Below, piece by piece: positions 20,911 through 32,433 of a DNA stretch of 64,000 nucleotides; within the stretch, counting starts at the first letter, position 1, and every line of letters begins with the position of its first letter. The position numbers were made by a program, and so were the translations under genes. A model generated the notes under the pieces. The model ran no database searches, was not told the DNA's origin, and saw nothing but the letters and a program-made list of their open reading frames with translations. The stretch comes from Tubiluchus corallicola (lineage: Eukaryota > Animalia > Priapulida), in assembly GCA_030141605.1 (NCBI GenBank), contig JAQGDQ010000347.1:66617-130616 (forward strand). The letters are read 5' to 3'.

Positions 20911-21085
20911 AGGCAATCATCACTAAATATTTCAGGAAGTCCACACCACAGCCAATTTTAACAAGGTAGCACCTGGGAGATAATGCATCTTTCCACCAAC
21001 TGATCAGAATTTTGATATTAGCATCGAGTGGGAGATGGTATCGATCACTTGACCAGTATTACTATGATGGTCAACAACAAACCAA

Positions 21086-23926
21086 TCATTTAAACTTCGT
21101 TTCTGTTGCCCTATCCACCAAATAAAATATGGATTGATAGATAAGTCCACTATGAAGTGATAACCCAATCTCACATGTGCGACTAGTACTGTAGCCCGCC
21201 ACTGCCTGCTCAGGCACCTCCTCTTTGAGATAGCGTAAAGCACTTTTATTTAACTCCGGCAAGCTAAAACCTTTATCACCAGCCCATCCACAACAGCCCG
21301 TCATTTTGGGACTAACTACTTCACCTGCACACAATTTAGCTACATCTATCAACTTTTCATCCAAACCCATTTTAGTTGTACTGCAGGTAGCATGTACCAT
21401 CACTGTCTCGCTCTGTTTCGTAAACTGAAGCCTGCCCCTTAAATAACTCCATGTAAACTCTATTGGCTCATAAAACTTCAGGCGCTTATCCATCAGCTCT
21501 TTCATACGTAGTGTGCAAGGGCTCATATCACACAAAACCGGATAGCTGCCATTATCCGATATCTCTAATAAAGCCAACTCCAACTCTTGCAACTTCATCA
21601 TCCCCTGCCTTTTAAAACCTTTACTGTCAAAAGCCATTCCACAACAAAGGCTTTTAAGACCCTTGGGGTATAAAACTTCATACCCGGCTTTATTAACCAA
21701 TCTTTTAATAACACTTGTCAAAGCTTCTTTCTCCTTAACATTAGTGCCATTGCCCATCACCCGGTTAATGCAGGCCGGGAAATACACCACCTTATCACCT
21801 GATGAAATAACCGAAGTTGTATCAACCCGAGCAGCACCGGACGGCACATATCTATTCCATAATGGAATACTCCTTCCTGAAACCTTATGTAACAATCGAC
21901 TACCTCCCCTCATCAAAGGTTGAGACAGCACTTTTTGCATTGTAGCTGCCAAGCTTAACGCACCTCTAACAATCGCATTAAAACCCCCATAATGATTGGC
22001 AATACGAGAGGCTATACTATTTGATAAACCTCCTGCTTTATCATAGCGCAACTCTGTAATTAACTTGCCAGTGTTAATATCAACTGGGCAGCTAAGTGCG
22101 CACAAACCATCAGTTGCACAACTCTCCTCCCCTTTATAATTAAATGCTTTGCGCAATAATCGGTAACTCTTTTTAGAAATACCTCTCTGACTAGAATTTA
22201 GGGCGCGATAAACAACAATGCGCTGTCTCGGGGTCAACGTAAGATCACGTGAAGGACAACTACTTTCACAGAAACCACACTCAATGCACTTATCAACAAT
22301 AGGGTGCACTTGTGGCAGCGGTTTGATACTCTTTATATAAACCTCATAATCACTATTAATCAACACTCCCGGATTAAGAATATTTTCAGGGTCAAAAGAC
22401 CTCTTAATCCTCTTCATCAATTGATAAATATCACTACCCCACTCATACTCCACAAAAGGGGCCATATTACGCCCGGTACCATGTTCAGCCTTCAGACTGC
22501 CATTAAAACGATTAACAACCAAATCTGCCAAATCATGCATAAAAGCCTTGTAGTTATCCATCTGCCAAACCTGCTTAAAATCGGGCATTATTAAAAAGTG
22601 AATATTCCCATCAAGCAGGTGCCCCCATATCACAGAGCTTTGATAGTGGCGCTTATCAAGCAAACTCCGTAAAGCTGGTAAGGCCTCGTCAAGTACCTCT
22701 CCCGGAAACGCAACATCCTCTATAATACAGGTTGTGCCAGACGGGCGAGTGGCTGCTGCAGACGCAAACAGCCCTTTTCGTACTTTCCAGAGAATATTAT
22801 AATCTTTTGAGTCATCTGTAAACTCAATCGGATAAAGCGTCTCTATATAAAAAAGCTTATTAACAATTTCCTCTTTTTGAGCCATCAGCCCCTCTCTGGT
22901 GTGAGCAGTCATTTCCACTAACAAGGCAGCTGTACCCTTCTGCAACTCTTTTAATCGTGATGGCAACCCTTCAATATCTTCTACAGCACGTAAAGCATTT
23001 CTATCCATCAGCTCAGCAGCACTCACCCTGCAGCTTCTCAGCGAAATAATGCATTTAGCAGCTTCCACAATATCAGGGAAAAATATCAATGCACATGTTT
23101 TACTGGGGTGATCTTCGATGGTACGCATGGTTACCTCAGAAATAAAGCCCAGGGTGCCTTCTGAACCGATCATCAAATGCATTAAAATATCAATCGGGTC
23201 ATCAAAATCAACAAAAGAATTCATGCCATAACCCGTTGTGTTCTTTAACCGATACTTGGCCTTAATCTTTTCAGAAACCACTTCACTTGAACTTATTTCT
23301 TGCTTAATCTCAACAATATCCCGTAGTAATTGCGAATGGCTCTTCTCAAAGCTGCTCCTGCTGTCTTTATCATCTGTAACCAACAGGCTGCCATCATGCA
23401 TTACTATGCGCATCGCTTCAACAGTATTATAGCTATTGGTAGCAATTCCATAGCTGGCACCGCTGGCGTTATTAGCAACAATACCCCCAACTTTGGCTGC
23501 GTTGACAGACGCCGGAGCAGGCCCTATCTTATAGCCATATTCAGACAGTTGCATATTGGCAAAACCTCCCCTTACTCCAGGCTGAAGCTTTATTCGCTTA
23601 CCTTCATCCCGTATCTCATATCTATTAAAATAAGGACCTGTCTCAATAAGCACCGAATCTGTAATGGTTTGGCCTGATAAACTGGTACCACCGGCCTTAA
23701 AAGTTATCGATATTTTAAACTGATGCGCTGCCTTTAGCACCGACCTAAGCTCATTTTCACTATTCACCTGCACTACCAGAAGTGGGATCATGCGATAAAA
23801 ACCGGCATCAGAACCCTTAGCAAAACGGTCAATATAATCAGTGAAAACCTGCTTGACTCCCAGCAAGTGCGTAACACTCTCCCTAAACCCGGTAATATCT
23901 CTCTTAATATTCATTCTCCACTTCAC
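21086..23926 (-). CDS. FAD/Fe-S D-lactate dehydrogenase-like oxidoreductase (Dld-II type)
   Basis: FAD_binding_4 (GGTSLSGQ, GSEGTLG), AEHGTG, CIECGFCESSC 4Fe-4S motif, two CCG domains. Confidence 0.85.
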   Translation of the reverse strand: MKWRMNIKRDITGFRESVTHLLGVKQVFTDYIDRFAKGSDAGFYRMIPLLVVQVNSENELRSVLKAAHQFKISITFKAGGTSLSGQTITDSVLIETGPYFNRYEIRDEGKRIKLQPGVRGGFANMQLSEYGYKIGPAPASVNAAKVGGIVANNASGASYGIATNSYNTVEAMRIVMHDGSLLVTDDKDSRSSFEKSHSQLLRDIVEIKQEISSSEVVSEKIKAKYRLKNTTGYGMNSFVDFDDPIDILMHLMIGSEGTLGFISEVTMRTIEDHPSKTCALIFFPDIVEAAKCIISLRSCRVSAAELMDRNALRAVEDIEGLPSRLKELQKGTAALLVEMTAHTREGLMAQKEEIVNKLFYIETLYPIEFTDDSKDYNILWKVRKGLFASAAATRPSGTTCIIEDVAFPGEVLDEALPALRSLLDKRHYQSSVIWGHLLDGNIHFLIMPDFKQVWQMDNYKAFMHDLADLVVNRFNGSLKAEHGTGRNMAPFVEYEWGSDIYQLMKRIKRSFDPENILNPGVLINSDYEVYIKSIKPLPQVHPIVDKCIECGFCESSCPSRDLTLTPRQRIVVYRALNSSQRGISKKSYRLLRKAFNYKGEESCATDGLCALSCPVDINTGKLITELRYDKAGGLSNSIASRIANHYGGFNAIVRGALSLAATMQKVLSQPLMRGGSRLLHKVSGRSIPLWNRYVPSGAARVDTTSVISSGDKVVYFPACINRVMGNGTNVKEKEALTSVIKRLVNKAGYEVLYPKGLKSLCCGMAFDSKGFKRQGMMKLQELELALLEISDNGSYPVLCDMSPCTLRMKELMDKRLKFYEPIEFTWSYLRGRLQFTKQSETVMVHATCSTTKMGLDEKLIDVAKLCAGEVVSPKMTGCCGWAGDKGFSLPELNKSALRYLKEEVPEQAVAGYSTSRTCEIGLSLHSGLIYQSIFYLVDRATETKFK

Positions 23927-24169
23927 TAATAACTCTAAAGCTTTTTTCCCTGTTAATTGATAAGCACCAGAAATGCAATACTGTAAACACTAACCCTGAA
24001 CTTTCACCCTGATTAAACATACTGTTAAGCCCAAACCAGACATTTAAACCAAAACCTCTTATCTAATAACGCTGCAAGCACCTGTAAATCAACTATCTTA
24101 TGCCATTCGCCATGTATGTCAAAATTAAAAATTGTTTTAGCCAAAAACAAACAATAACTGTGCGTTATA

Positions 24170-24182
24170 AACATATATGACA
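24170..24182. promoter_or_regulatory. Candidate operator AACATATATGACA
   Basis: 12/13 identical to the reverse complement of 38493-38505; lies in the divergent dld/namZ intergenic region. Confidence 0.45.
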
Positions 24183-24541
24183 CTTTAATAATATATAGTG
24201 CACTCTTCAATAAAATCAGCCTACAACAACCAATTAGAAGTACCTAAATGACAATACCTGTGATTGCAACACACTCCCATCACCTCATAATAAATAGACC
24301 CACTGTGTCAGAATTTCCGTAAGTTGCCTCTGTGGGGGCATTTTTCAGCAACACAGACAGAACAAATACAGTCACATAAAAATAGAGGTAAATTAAGAGT
24401 AGTGATAAAACCTCTTACATAATATTTGTGCTGTTAATTGAAAAACAAAAATTAGAACCTATATTTGTGTTACATATTCACAAACACATTATCCGGAATC
24501 GAACTTTCAAACCCGATCTATCAACTGACAGAAAAATTAAA

Positions 24542-25774
24542 ATGAAACAAGCCTTGGTTTTTGTCATACTAACTCTTACTACCGGTTTAGCATTGGGACA
24601 AAATGTAAAAACCGGCATAGAAGTACTACAGGAAACCAACTTCAAAGCACTTAAAGGCAAACGAGTCGGGTTAATTACCAATCCAACAGGTGCAAACAGT
24701 AAGCTTGAATCTACAATTGATATTTTATTTAACGCAGATGAAGTTAACTTAATAGCTTTATACGGGCCGGAACATGGAGTAAGAGGAGATTACTACGCAG
24801 GCGATTTTGTAGAGTCCTTTATCGACCCCAAAACTCAATTGCCGGTTTACAGTCTATATGGCGATAATAAAAAACCCAATGCCGATATGCTAAAAGGCAT
24901 CGACCTCCTAATCTATGATATTCAGGATATAGGTTCACGCTCTTACACCTATATCAGCACCTTAGGCCTGGCTATGGAAGCTGCAGCTGAGAACAACATT
25001 AAAATGATTGTGCTGGACCGGCCAAACCCTCTCGGTGGAGAAAAAATGGAAGGCTTAATTACTGAACCGGATTTTATTTCATTCGTCAGTCAATTTCCAA
25101 TACCTTATGTACATGGACTAACAGTAGGTGAATTAGCACTATTTCTAAACGGTGAAAAACTCTTAAAAGATGGTATTCAATGTAGCCTGGAGGTTATCAC
25201 AATGACAAACTGGCAACGCTCCATGACTTTTGAAGAAACAGGCCTTCCCTGGATACCATCATCTCCTCATATTCCACACGCACACTCCTCTTACTTTTAC
25301 CCGGTGAGTGGTATACTAGGTGAACTGTACGTATACAACATTGGTGTTGGTTACACACTACCATTTCAGGTATTTGCGGCAGAATGGATTGATGCAAGCA
25401 GCCTGGCAATTAGACTTAACAACTTAAATATTGAAGGTGTGACTTTTCGTCCCGTTCACTTTAAACCTTACTACAGCGTCTCAAAAGGAAAGATGGTGCA
25501 TGGTGTTCAGGTACACTTTAACAACTATCACAAAGCACCTCTCTCACTAATTCAATTCTATGTACTTCAAGAAGCCTATAAACTATGGCCTGAACATAAT
25601 GTATTTGAATTATGTGATAAGTCACGATTAAGCATGTTTGATAAAGTGAGTGGAAGCGATCGGGTAAGAGCGGCATTTACCAAGCGCTGGATGGTGAAAG
25701 ATATCAAAAAAATGTGGTATAAGGACATTAGTAACTTTAAAAAGAGAGCAAGAAAATATCTCCTGTACAGATAA
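24542..25774 (+). CDS. namZ: Exo-beta-N-acetylmuramidase NamZ (DUF1343/GH171)
   Basis: GLITNPTG, PEHGVRG, YDIQDIGSRSYTY, LDRPNPLGG, HGLTVGE; signal peptide from ATG 24542; TATATTTG at 24460. Confidence 0.92.
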   Translation: MKQALVFVILTLTTGLALGQNVKTGIEVLQETNFKALKGKRVGLITNPTGANSKLESTIDILFNADEVNLIALYGPEHGVRGDYYAGDFVESFIDPKTQLPVYSLYGDNKKPNADMLKGIDLLIYDIQDIGSRSYTYISTLGLAMEAAAENNIKMIVLDRPNPLGGEKMEGLITEPDFISFVSQFPIPYVHGLTVGELALFLNGEKLLKDGIQCSLEVITMTNWQRSMTFEETGLPWIPSSPHIPHAHSSYFYPVSGILGELYVYNIGVGYTLPFQVFAAEWIDASSLAIRLNNLNIEGVTFRPVHFKPYYSVSKGKMVHGVQVHFNNYHKAPLSLIQFYVLQEAYKLWPEHNVFELCDKSRLSMFDKVSGSDRVRAAFTKRWMVKDIKKMWYKDISNFKKRARKYLLYR

Positions 25775-25776
25775 AC

Positions 25777-25932
25777 GAAACCTCTGCAAAACTCACCAGT
25801 AATTCGTTCCCAAGAAATCTAGCAACACAACATTGCAGTTTTCTCTTATCATAAACACAACAGCGCTATCCCTATTTACAAACAGAAAAAACGAGAATAC
25901 TAAAAAATATAGCCTTCACCCTGCAAATAACT
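25777..25932 (-). repeat. MITE-like repeat family A, highly degenerate reverse copy
   Basis: GAAACCTCTGCAAAACTCA start, TGCAGTTTTCTC core, TTCACCCTGCAAATA end. Confidence 0.45.
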
Positions 25933-25936
25933 ACTA

Positions 25937-27769
25937 TCACTCAGCCTTTTTAATACCAAACGAAGGGTCGATCTTAAGAAAACGAATAACCAAGAAGCCG
26001 GGAATAGTACAAATCATTACCCATATAAAAAAACTCTGGTACCCAATAATCTCCTGCAACCAGCCGGATACCATTCCCGGAATCATCATCCCTAATGCCA
26101 TTAAACCTGAACAGATGGCATAATGAGCGGTCTTACTCTTGCCTTCTGAAAAATATATAAGATACAGCATATAAGCTGTAAAGCCAAACCCATACCCAAA
26201 TTGCTCAACAGCTACGCTGCAGGCTATAAGCCACATGCTCTCTGGAGTGAAATATGACAAATAAACATAGGTTAAATTTGGCAGATTTATTGCCATCGTC
26301 ATCCACCAAATCCAATACTTCAAACCATTGCGTGATGCTAGCCAGCCCCCTACAATTCCTCCAAAAGTTAAAAAAATGATGCCAATAGTGCCGTAAACCA
26401 AACCTACATCACCGGTTGTTAACCCCAATCCACCAACTTCACGAGCATCCAGTAAAAATGGTGACGCTAGCTTCACCAACTGGCTTTCACCCAGCCTAAA
26501 CACTAAAATAAAGAGAATGCCAACACCAAAATTCTCCTTTTTGAAAAATGACACAAAAGTTTTGCCAAACTCTTTTATCATGTTTTTACCTTCTGCCGCA
26601 GGCTTATCTGCAACCGGACGCGGCAAAAAGAAGCGGTGATAAATAAGAAATACCACAAATAGTGCTGCCAGCACAAAAAATGTAACTGACCATGCAAAAG
26701 GAATATTACCAGATAAGCCACGGAAGCTCCCAGACGTAACAGCATTTAACTTAGGGTCGGCTTGTACCAGTACCCACGCTTGCTTATCCCAGTTACCACT
26801 ATTGAAAACCAATCGCTGCCCTTCCACCAATGATAAATCTTTAGCCCCCTTGTAGCGGTCGAAATTCAGAACAACTACCTCTCCATCGCCTGGCGCAGCT
26901 GATAATTGCAGCCCAAGCACCGCAATATTACCTTGAACAGCTCCTTTGAACGAAACATCATCTACCTTGCCAAACTTCTCTTTTAAGAAGCCTTTTAAAG
27001 GGATAGACACTGTCGCTGACCACCATCCCGGCTCAGCAACAGACTTCCCTCCCTGTACAACAAAGCCATTTATAATATTTTGCTGATGTGCCCAGCTCTT
27101 TAGTGAATCAGCTTCACCTTTTTGAAGCTGATTAACCCCCAATGTAAAATCCTCAGATGTTAACACAAAGCGCAACTTACCTCTCTCCCTTACACCCACA
27201 TTACCTTCCGGTATTTTCCATCGAGTAGGCTCAACTTGGGTGGTCACATTAAACTCTACCGGCTCCAATCCGGTTGACGACTCAATTGCCCCCGCAAGTA
27301 TAATTAAAAGCCCTTGCCCGGTAATCATCGCTAAGCGGTAGAAAGTACTACGAATACCAATAAAATAGGCTTGCTTATGCTCATCCAAATCGAGCATATA
27401 AAAACCATCGGCAGCAATATCGTGCGTAGCTGAACTAAAAGCCAAAAGCCAAAAAAACATGAGTGTATACTGAAAAAAACCCGGAACAGGAATGGTTAAA
27501 GCCACACCGCCCAATCCTGCTCCAATAAATAACTGCATTGCCACAATCCACCAACGCTTGGTCTTAAGCAGGTCTACAACCGGGCTCCACATCCATTTGA
27601 CCACCCATGGCAAATAGAGCCAGCTGGTATACAACGCAATATCTGAATTAGAAATTCCCAGACGCTTGTACATAATTACCGAAACAGTCATAACCACAAC
27701 GTAGGGAATACCTTCAGCAAAATATAATGAGGGCACCCAGGCCCATGGAGATGTAGACTTTTGTCTCAT
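25937..27769 (-). CDS. ampG: AmpG-family MFS muropeptide permease with ~190-aa soluble insertion
   Basis: SPWAWVPSLYFAEGIP, YLPWVVK, SATHDIAADGFY, EQFGYGFGF. Confidence 0.88.
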   Translation of the reverse strand: MRQKSTSPWAWVPSLYFAEGIPYVVVMTVSVIMYKRLGISNSDIALYTSWLYLPWVVKWMWSPVVDLLKTKRWWIVAMQLFIGAGLGGVALTIPVPGFFQYTLMFFWLLAFSSATHDIAADGFYMLDLDEHKQAYFIGIRSTFYRLAMITGQGLLIILAGAIESSTGLEPVEFNVTTQVEPTRWKIPEGNVGVRERGKLRFVLTSEDFTLGVNQLQKGEADSLKSWAHQQNIINGFVVQGGKSVAEPGWWSATVSIPLKGFLKEKFGKVDDVSFKGAVQGNIAVLGLQLSAAPGDGEVVVLNFDRYKGAKDLSLVEGQRLVFNSGNWDKQAWVLVQADPKLNAVTSGSFRGLSGNIPFAWSVTFFVLAALFVVFLIYHRFFLPRPVADKPAAEGKNMIKEFGKTFVSFFKKENFGVGILFILVFRLGESQLVKLASPFLLDAREVGGLGLTTGDVGLVYGTIGIIFLTFGGIVGGWLASRNGLKYWIWWMTMAINLPNLTYVYLSYFTPESMWLIACSVAVEQFGYGFGFTAYMLYLIYFSEGKSKTAHYAICSGLMALGMMIPGMVSGWLQEIIGYQSFFIWVMICTIPGFLVIRFLKIDPSFGIKKAE

Positions 27770-27886
27770 TATTGTTTAAATTTAGTTCGAATCCGACACA
27801 CAGAGCACAAAGTTTATATCTGTAATTATCAAGAATGCACTTAACCCATATAAACTAGTAGAAACAGGGCTTCAATATGCTATCTG

Positions 27887-29218
27887 TTAATACATTTTCT
27901 TCAATTCAGCCCCTCTAAAATAGTGCATTAAGATAGCATTATAAGCATACCCTTTGGCTCCCATAACGGCAGCTCCAATCTGGCAAAGCCCAACACCATG
28001 ACCCCACCCGGCACCTTTTAAAACAAAAACTACCTCACCATTTACCTCCCCTTTCTCTATGATAAAAGCTGAACTGTAAAGATGTGAGGCCGATAACGCC
28101 TTTCTAATCTCCAACTCCTTACCAATGGTCAGAACCTTTTTATCTCCGACAATCTTTAGCTTTATTAAACGACCTGAAGCACCTCGCTCAACAGGAACCA
28201 TCTCCTGAATAGTCCCAAAATCAAAACCGGTGCGCCTTTTTACCAACTCACTTACCTCCCTCTGCGTGTACTCTACCTCCCAGCGATAAAAATCATTAGT
28301 CTCCTGATCATAATCATTTAACACCTGACTCAACACCTCCTTACTATCAGTATTACAAAAGGTGTCCGGTGAACCAAGTATCCATTTCTTTGCATAGATC
28401 TCTTTTTTTAAATCAAGACTAAAACCTTCAGGATCTATATCATTATCAACAAAAGCCTGCAAATATGGGTGCTCAACCGGCTCCCAAACATTCTCAAACT
28501 TCTCAACCATACCACCGCAACATTTGGAAAAACGCGCATCACATATAACATCACCGCTCATCAAAACCTCTCCCAATGTGGTACGCACAGCCTCCTCAAC
28601 CTCAACAGTAGTAGAACGCGTAATGCCCTGGTAACGCTGGCAATGATCATCAGCACAAACATCAAACATTTGATGATCCTCTCGGTCGTACCACTTAATA
28701 AACTCCGTATCAGTCTTATAAAGTGACTGATAGCACATATCACTCCGCTGTAACGCTTTACTCTTTTTTATCTGTGCCAATAACCAGCTACGAGAAATAA
28801 CCGCGTGTGCTTTAAGCAATTCTAATGATGATGTTGCACTCATCTCGGAAGAAATAACACTCATCAGGTAATCTTCAACTGGCAACACATTAATAACTAC
28901 TACCTTTTCATTATCAACCAATAACTTCAACCCACCATAAAAAGATTGATCCTCTCTGCGCTCCCAGTGAAAATTAATTCCGATTGTCACATCATGTAAA
29001 ATAAAATATGCAGCTTCGCTTACGGGGTTTATTAAAATGCCCGAAGCTAAAGCTGTTGACCCACTACCATCAGATAAACTAAGCCCTCCATTGATGCAGG
29101 ACACCCTACATTTACCTGTAAGCTTAACACCCGTGCCGGTTTCATACTGTCCGCGCAAAGTAAATCCAACTGTTTCTTTAAACTGAATACCTACTTGTAT
29201 TACTGGTATATTTCCCAT
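27887..29218 (-). CDS. SpoIID/LytB-domain lytic transglycosylase-like protein
   Basis: VEDYLMSVISSEM, LKAHAVISRS, CADDHCQRYQG, GWGHGVGLCQIGA. Confidence 0.92.
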   Translation of the reverse strand: MGNIPVIQVGIQFKETVGFTLRGQYETGTGVKLTGKCRVSCINGGLSLSDGSGSTALASGILINPVSEAAYFILHDVTIGINFHWERREDQSFYGGLKLLVDNEKVVVINVLPVEDYLMSVISSEMSATSSLELLKAHAVISRSWLLAQIKKSKALQRSDMCYQSLYKTDTEFIKWYDREDHQMFDVCADDHCQRYQGITRSTTVEVEEAVRTTLGEVLMSGDVICDARFSKCCGGMVEKFENVWEPVEHPYLQAFVDNDIDPEGFSLDLKKEIYAKKWILGSPDTFCNTDSKEVLSQVLNDYDQETNDFYRWEVEYTQREVSELVKRRTGFDFGTIQEMVPVERGASGRLIKLKIVGDKKVLTIGKELEIRKALSASHLYSSAFIIEKGEVNGEVVFVLKGAGWGHGVGLCQIGAAVMGAKGYAYNAILMHYFRGAELKKMY

Positions 29219-29550
29219 AGCTTATTTAACTAAAAACACGAAGCCCAATATACAAAATTCGCTGTGGCTTATAATCGATCTTTTCACTTGTTATGAAGAC
29301 TATGTGTTATACTTAATAAAAAACCAGATAATAATATACCTAACCAACCCGGTGAAGAACTACCCCTTTGCTCCTACGACTAAAGCCGTAGACTAAGACA
29401 GCTGGGGTAAATAAATATGTAATTATCTAAATAACTAAGATAACGTAATATTATCAATAGACAGGAAATCTGCTTGAGCAGGCACAAAATATCACTTACT
29501 GCACTACCTTAAAATAAAAATGTAAAACTCTGCGAAACAGAAAGATACAA

Positions 29551-29646
29551 CCCTTAACATGTTTTGACAGAAAAATAAGCGAAAGGCAAAATGAAAAAAA
29601 CCTTCTAGCTGTTTGAAATACGGAGGGTGAGAAGATAGCAAAATCA
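29551..29646. repeat. Repeat family B copy at the truncated 5' end of the LRR gene
   Basis: CCCTTAA..TTTTGACAGAAAAA..GAAAGGC...TGAGAAGATAGC aligns with 18504-18608. Confidence 0.6.
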
Positions 29647-30645
29647 CCAGCGTAGCGCTGTTCTGAGAACAACCTCACAAGCTTAAACTTGAGTAGCAAT
29701 ACAGATTTAGTGAATTTGAACTGCGAACAAAATGCTCTCACAAGTTTGGATATAAGTAACAATACGAATTTAAGTATTTTTTATTGTTATGATAATGCTC
29801 TCACAAGTTTGAATGTGAGTAATAACAAGGCTTTAAAGACTCTTGTCTGCTCTGATAATAATCTCACAAACTTGGATGTGAGTAACAATAAGGATTTGAT
29901 GATTTTTGCTTGCGACAGGAACAATCTCACGAGCTTGGATGTAAGTAATAATACAAACTTAAGTACACTGCAGGTAGATGAAGATATAAAGTGTGAACCT
30001 TCTATTGTAGAGTTAAACCCTATCAATTGCATCTATTGGTATTGGGATGAAACCCAAAGCCGTCCTATTAAATATCACCCTGCTGTGGACTGCCATACAC
30101 CTGCTGCTCTTTTCTGGGTGCCAGATGATAATTTTAGAAATGAACTAAAAAAGATAGTTCCCAATGCTTTCACCCCCAAAGATAGCCTGATAGCATACCA
30201 CCCAGACGTGTTGGCTGTTACTTCTATAGATGTGGACAAAAAAATATCACATCCTTAGATGGCGTACAATTCTTTACAGCTTTAGAAGAACTGCATTGCA
30301 ATGAGAATAAACTCACAAGTTTGGATCTGAGTGATAACACAGCTCTAATCAGGCTGGAATGTAATAAAAACAATCTTGCGAGTCTGGATATGAGCGGGCT
30401 TACAGATTTAATGGTCTTGTGGTTAATCTCACAAGCTTGGATCTTAGTAGCAATACTGCTTTACGTACCATATATTGCTCTAGTAACAATCTTACATGTC
30501 TGGATCTGCGTAATAATACTGATTTAATATCTTTGACCTGTAGAAAGAATAAGATCATTTATTTGAATACAAGTAATAGTACAAACTTATGGTCTCTACA
30601 GTGCGATCAAAACCGTCTCACTAGTCTGGATCTTAGTAACAATAC

Positions 30646-30786
30646 AGCTATAGGGTCATTGCACTGTAATAACAACCATCTTGTAGAATTGGATGTGAGC
30701 AATAATACTTCTTTAAGGAATTTTATTTGTGATAATAATCATCTCTCATATTTGGACCTTAGTAAGAATACTGCTCTAGGCTATTT
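30646..30786 (+). repeat. 141-bp target duplication, left copy
   Basis: AGCTATAGGG...CTAGGCTATTT identical by eye to 32434-32574. Confidence 0.95.
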
Positions 30787-32433
30787 CCTGTTTTGTGCAC
30801 CACAACGACGCCCCAAGAATGCACTATTGATTATCAGCAAGATAGGAATTTCAAATTTGCATTTTGGGTGCTGCATGCTTAATTTTATGCATGTTTGTCC
30901 GAAAAAATAAGAATCGGGAGTGGTTCTGTGAGTGTACAGATAATCTCAAAAAATCATGGTAAATATAAGGTTGTAAAAACCGTAGGTTGCGCAAAAACAA
31001 AGCGGGAAGAAGAATTGCTTTTATTGCTTGCCAACACAGAGATAGAGCGGCTTAGGGGCATGCAATCGCTTTTTGTTGAACACGATGATTTGGTGGTTGA
31101 AAACTTTGTGGGCAGCATTGCAAACAATCATTTACAAGTTGTAGGAAGTGAATTAATTTTAGGCAAAATTTATCAAGTCTTTAACTTTCCGGATGATGGG
31201 TGCTGCAATTATTTTCGCAACCTGGTATTATGTCGGTTAGTGTACCCGGGAAGCAAATTAAAAACCGTTGACTATTTTAGACAGCACCTGAATACAGATG
31301 TTAGCGTACACACTATTTATCGTTTCCTTGACGAGCTAAATACAAGTTTAAAGCCACAAATTGAACAACTTACCTTTAAGCACACCAGGAAGCTACTAAA
31401 AGGAAAAATAAGTGTCGCATTTTATGATATGACCACATTGTATTTTGAGGCATCAGAAGAAGATGACTACCGTATTCCCGGATTCAACAAAGATGGCAAG
31501 CATCAACAACCGCAAATAATGATAGGTTTACTGGTGGGTAAATATGGATACCCGATTGGCTATCAAATATTCGAGGGAAACACCTCTGAAACAAAAACAC
31601 TAATCCCTGTTCTGGAAGCCTTTCAAAATAAATTTAATATCGAAAGGCCTATTGTAGTTGCCGATGCAGCTTTACTCTCGCAGAAGAACATAAATGCCTT
31701 GATTGAAAACAAATACGAGTACATACTTGGAGGACGGATAAAGAATGAAAGTCAAAAAATAAAAGAAAAAATTATAGCTCTTGATATTAAAGAAAACAAG
31801 CCAGTTGAGTTGAAAAACAAGAATGGAAGGTTGATTATCAGCTTCTCAGAAAAAAGAGCCTTCAACGATAAAAAAACAGAGAGAAGGGCTTAAAAAGACT
31901 TGAAAAACGTGTTGCTTCCGGCAAGCTAACAAAGAATCGCATAAATAATCGCGGGTATAATAAATATCTGAATCTGTCGGGGGAGATTGCCGTTAAAATC
32001 GACTACGATAAGTTCCAGTCAGATAGAGTTTGGGATGGGTTGAAGGGTTATGTAACCAATACCCATTTACCGAGAAAAGATGTTATCGGGAATTATAGTC
32101 AGTTGTGGCAAGTGGAAAAAGCTTTTCGTATATCAAAAACTGATTTACGAATACGGCCAGTTTATCACCGCTTAAAAGAACGCATTGAAGCCCATATCTG
32201 TATTTGTTTCACAGCCTATGCCATTTACAAAGAGCTGGAAAGGTTATTGAAGGCAAATAATATTGATATCTCTGCTGAAAAAGCCTTGGAACAAATCCGG
32301 CAGATCAGGCAGCTGCAATACACTCTGCCCAAATCGAAACAAGTCAGAACAAAAATATTACAGCCAACTGAAATGCAAAAAAAGTTGTTAAATATGAAAT
32401 TATAAACTTGGGTGCTGCAATGCACAAAACAGG
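30787..32433 (+). mobile_element. IS1634-family insertion sequence (1647 bp)
   Basis: Perfect 13-bp terminal inverted repeats CCTGTTTTGTGCA/TGCACAAAACAGG; DDE motifs FYDMTTLYFE, VVADAAL, WQVEKAFRISK. Confidence 0.93.
30891..32405 (+). pseudogene. IS1634 transposase with two frameshifts
   Basis: ATG 30891 MFVRKNKNR then an extra G (~30916-30918) before SGSVSVQ; A7 run at 31870-31876 is one A short of NDKKNREKGL. Confidence 0.85.

Noticed and set aside
31865-31895. Programmed -1 frameshift in the IS1634 transposase
   Set aside because: A_AAA_AAC is not in the zero-frame register, and a second frameshift near the start points to decay or sequencing error
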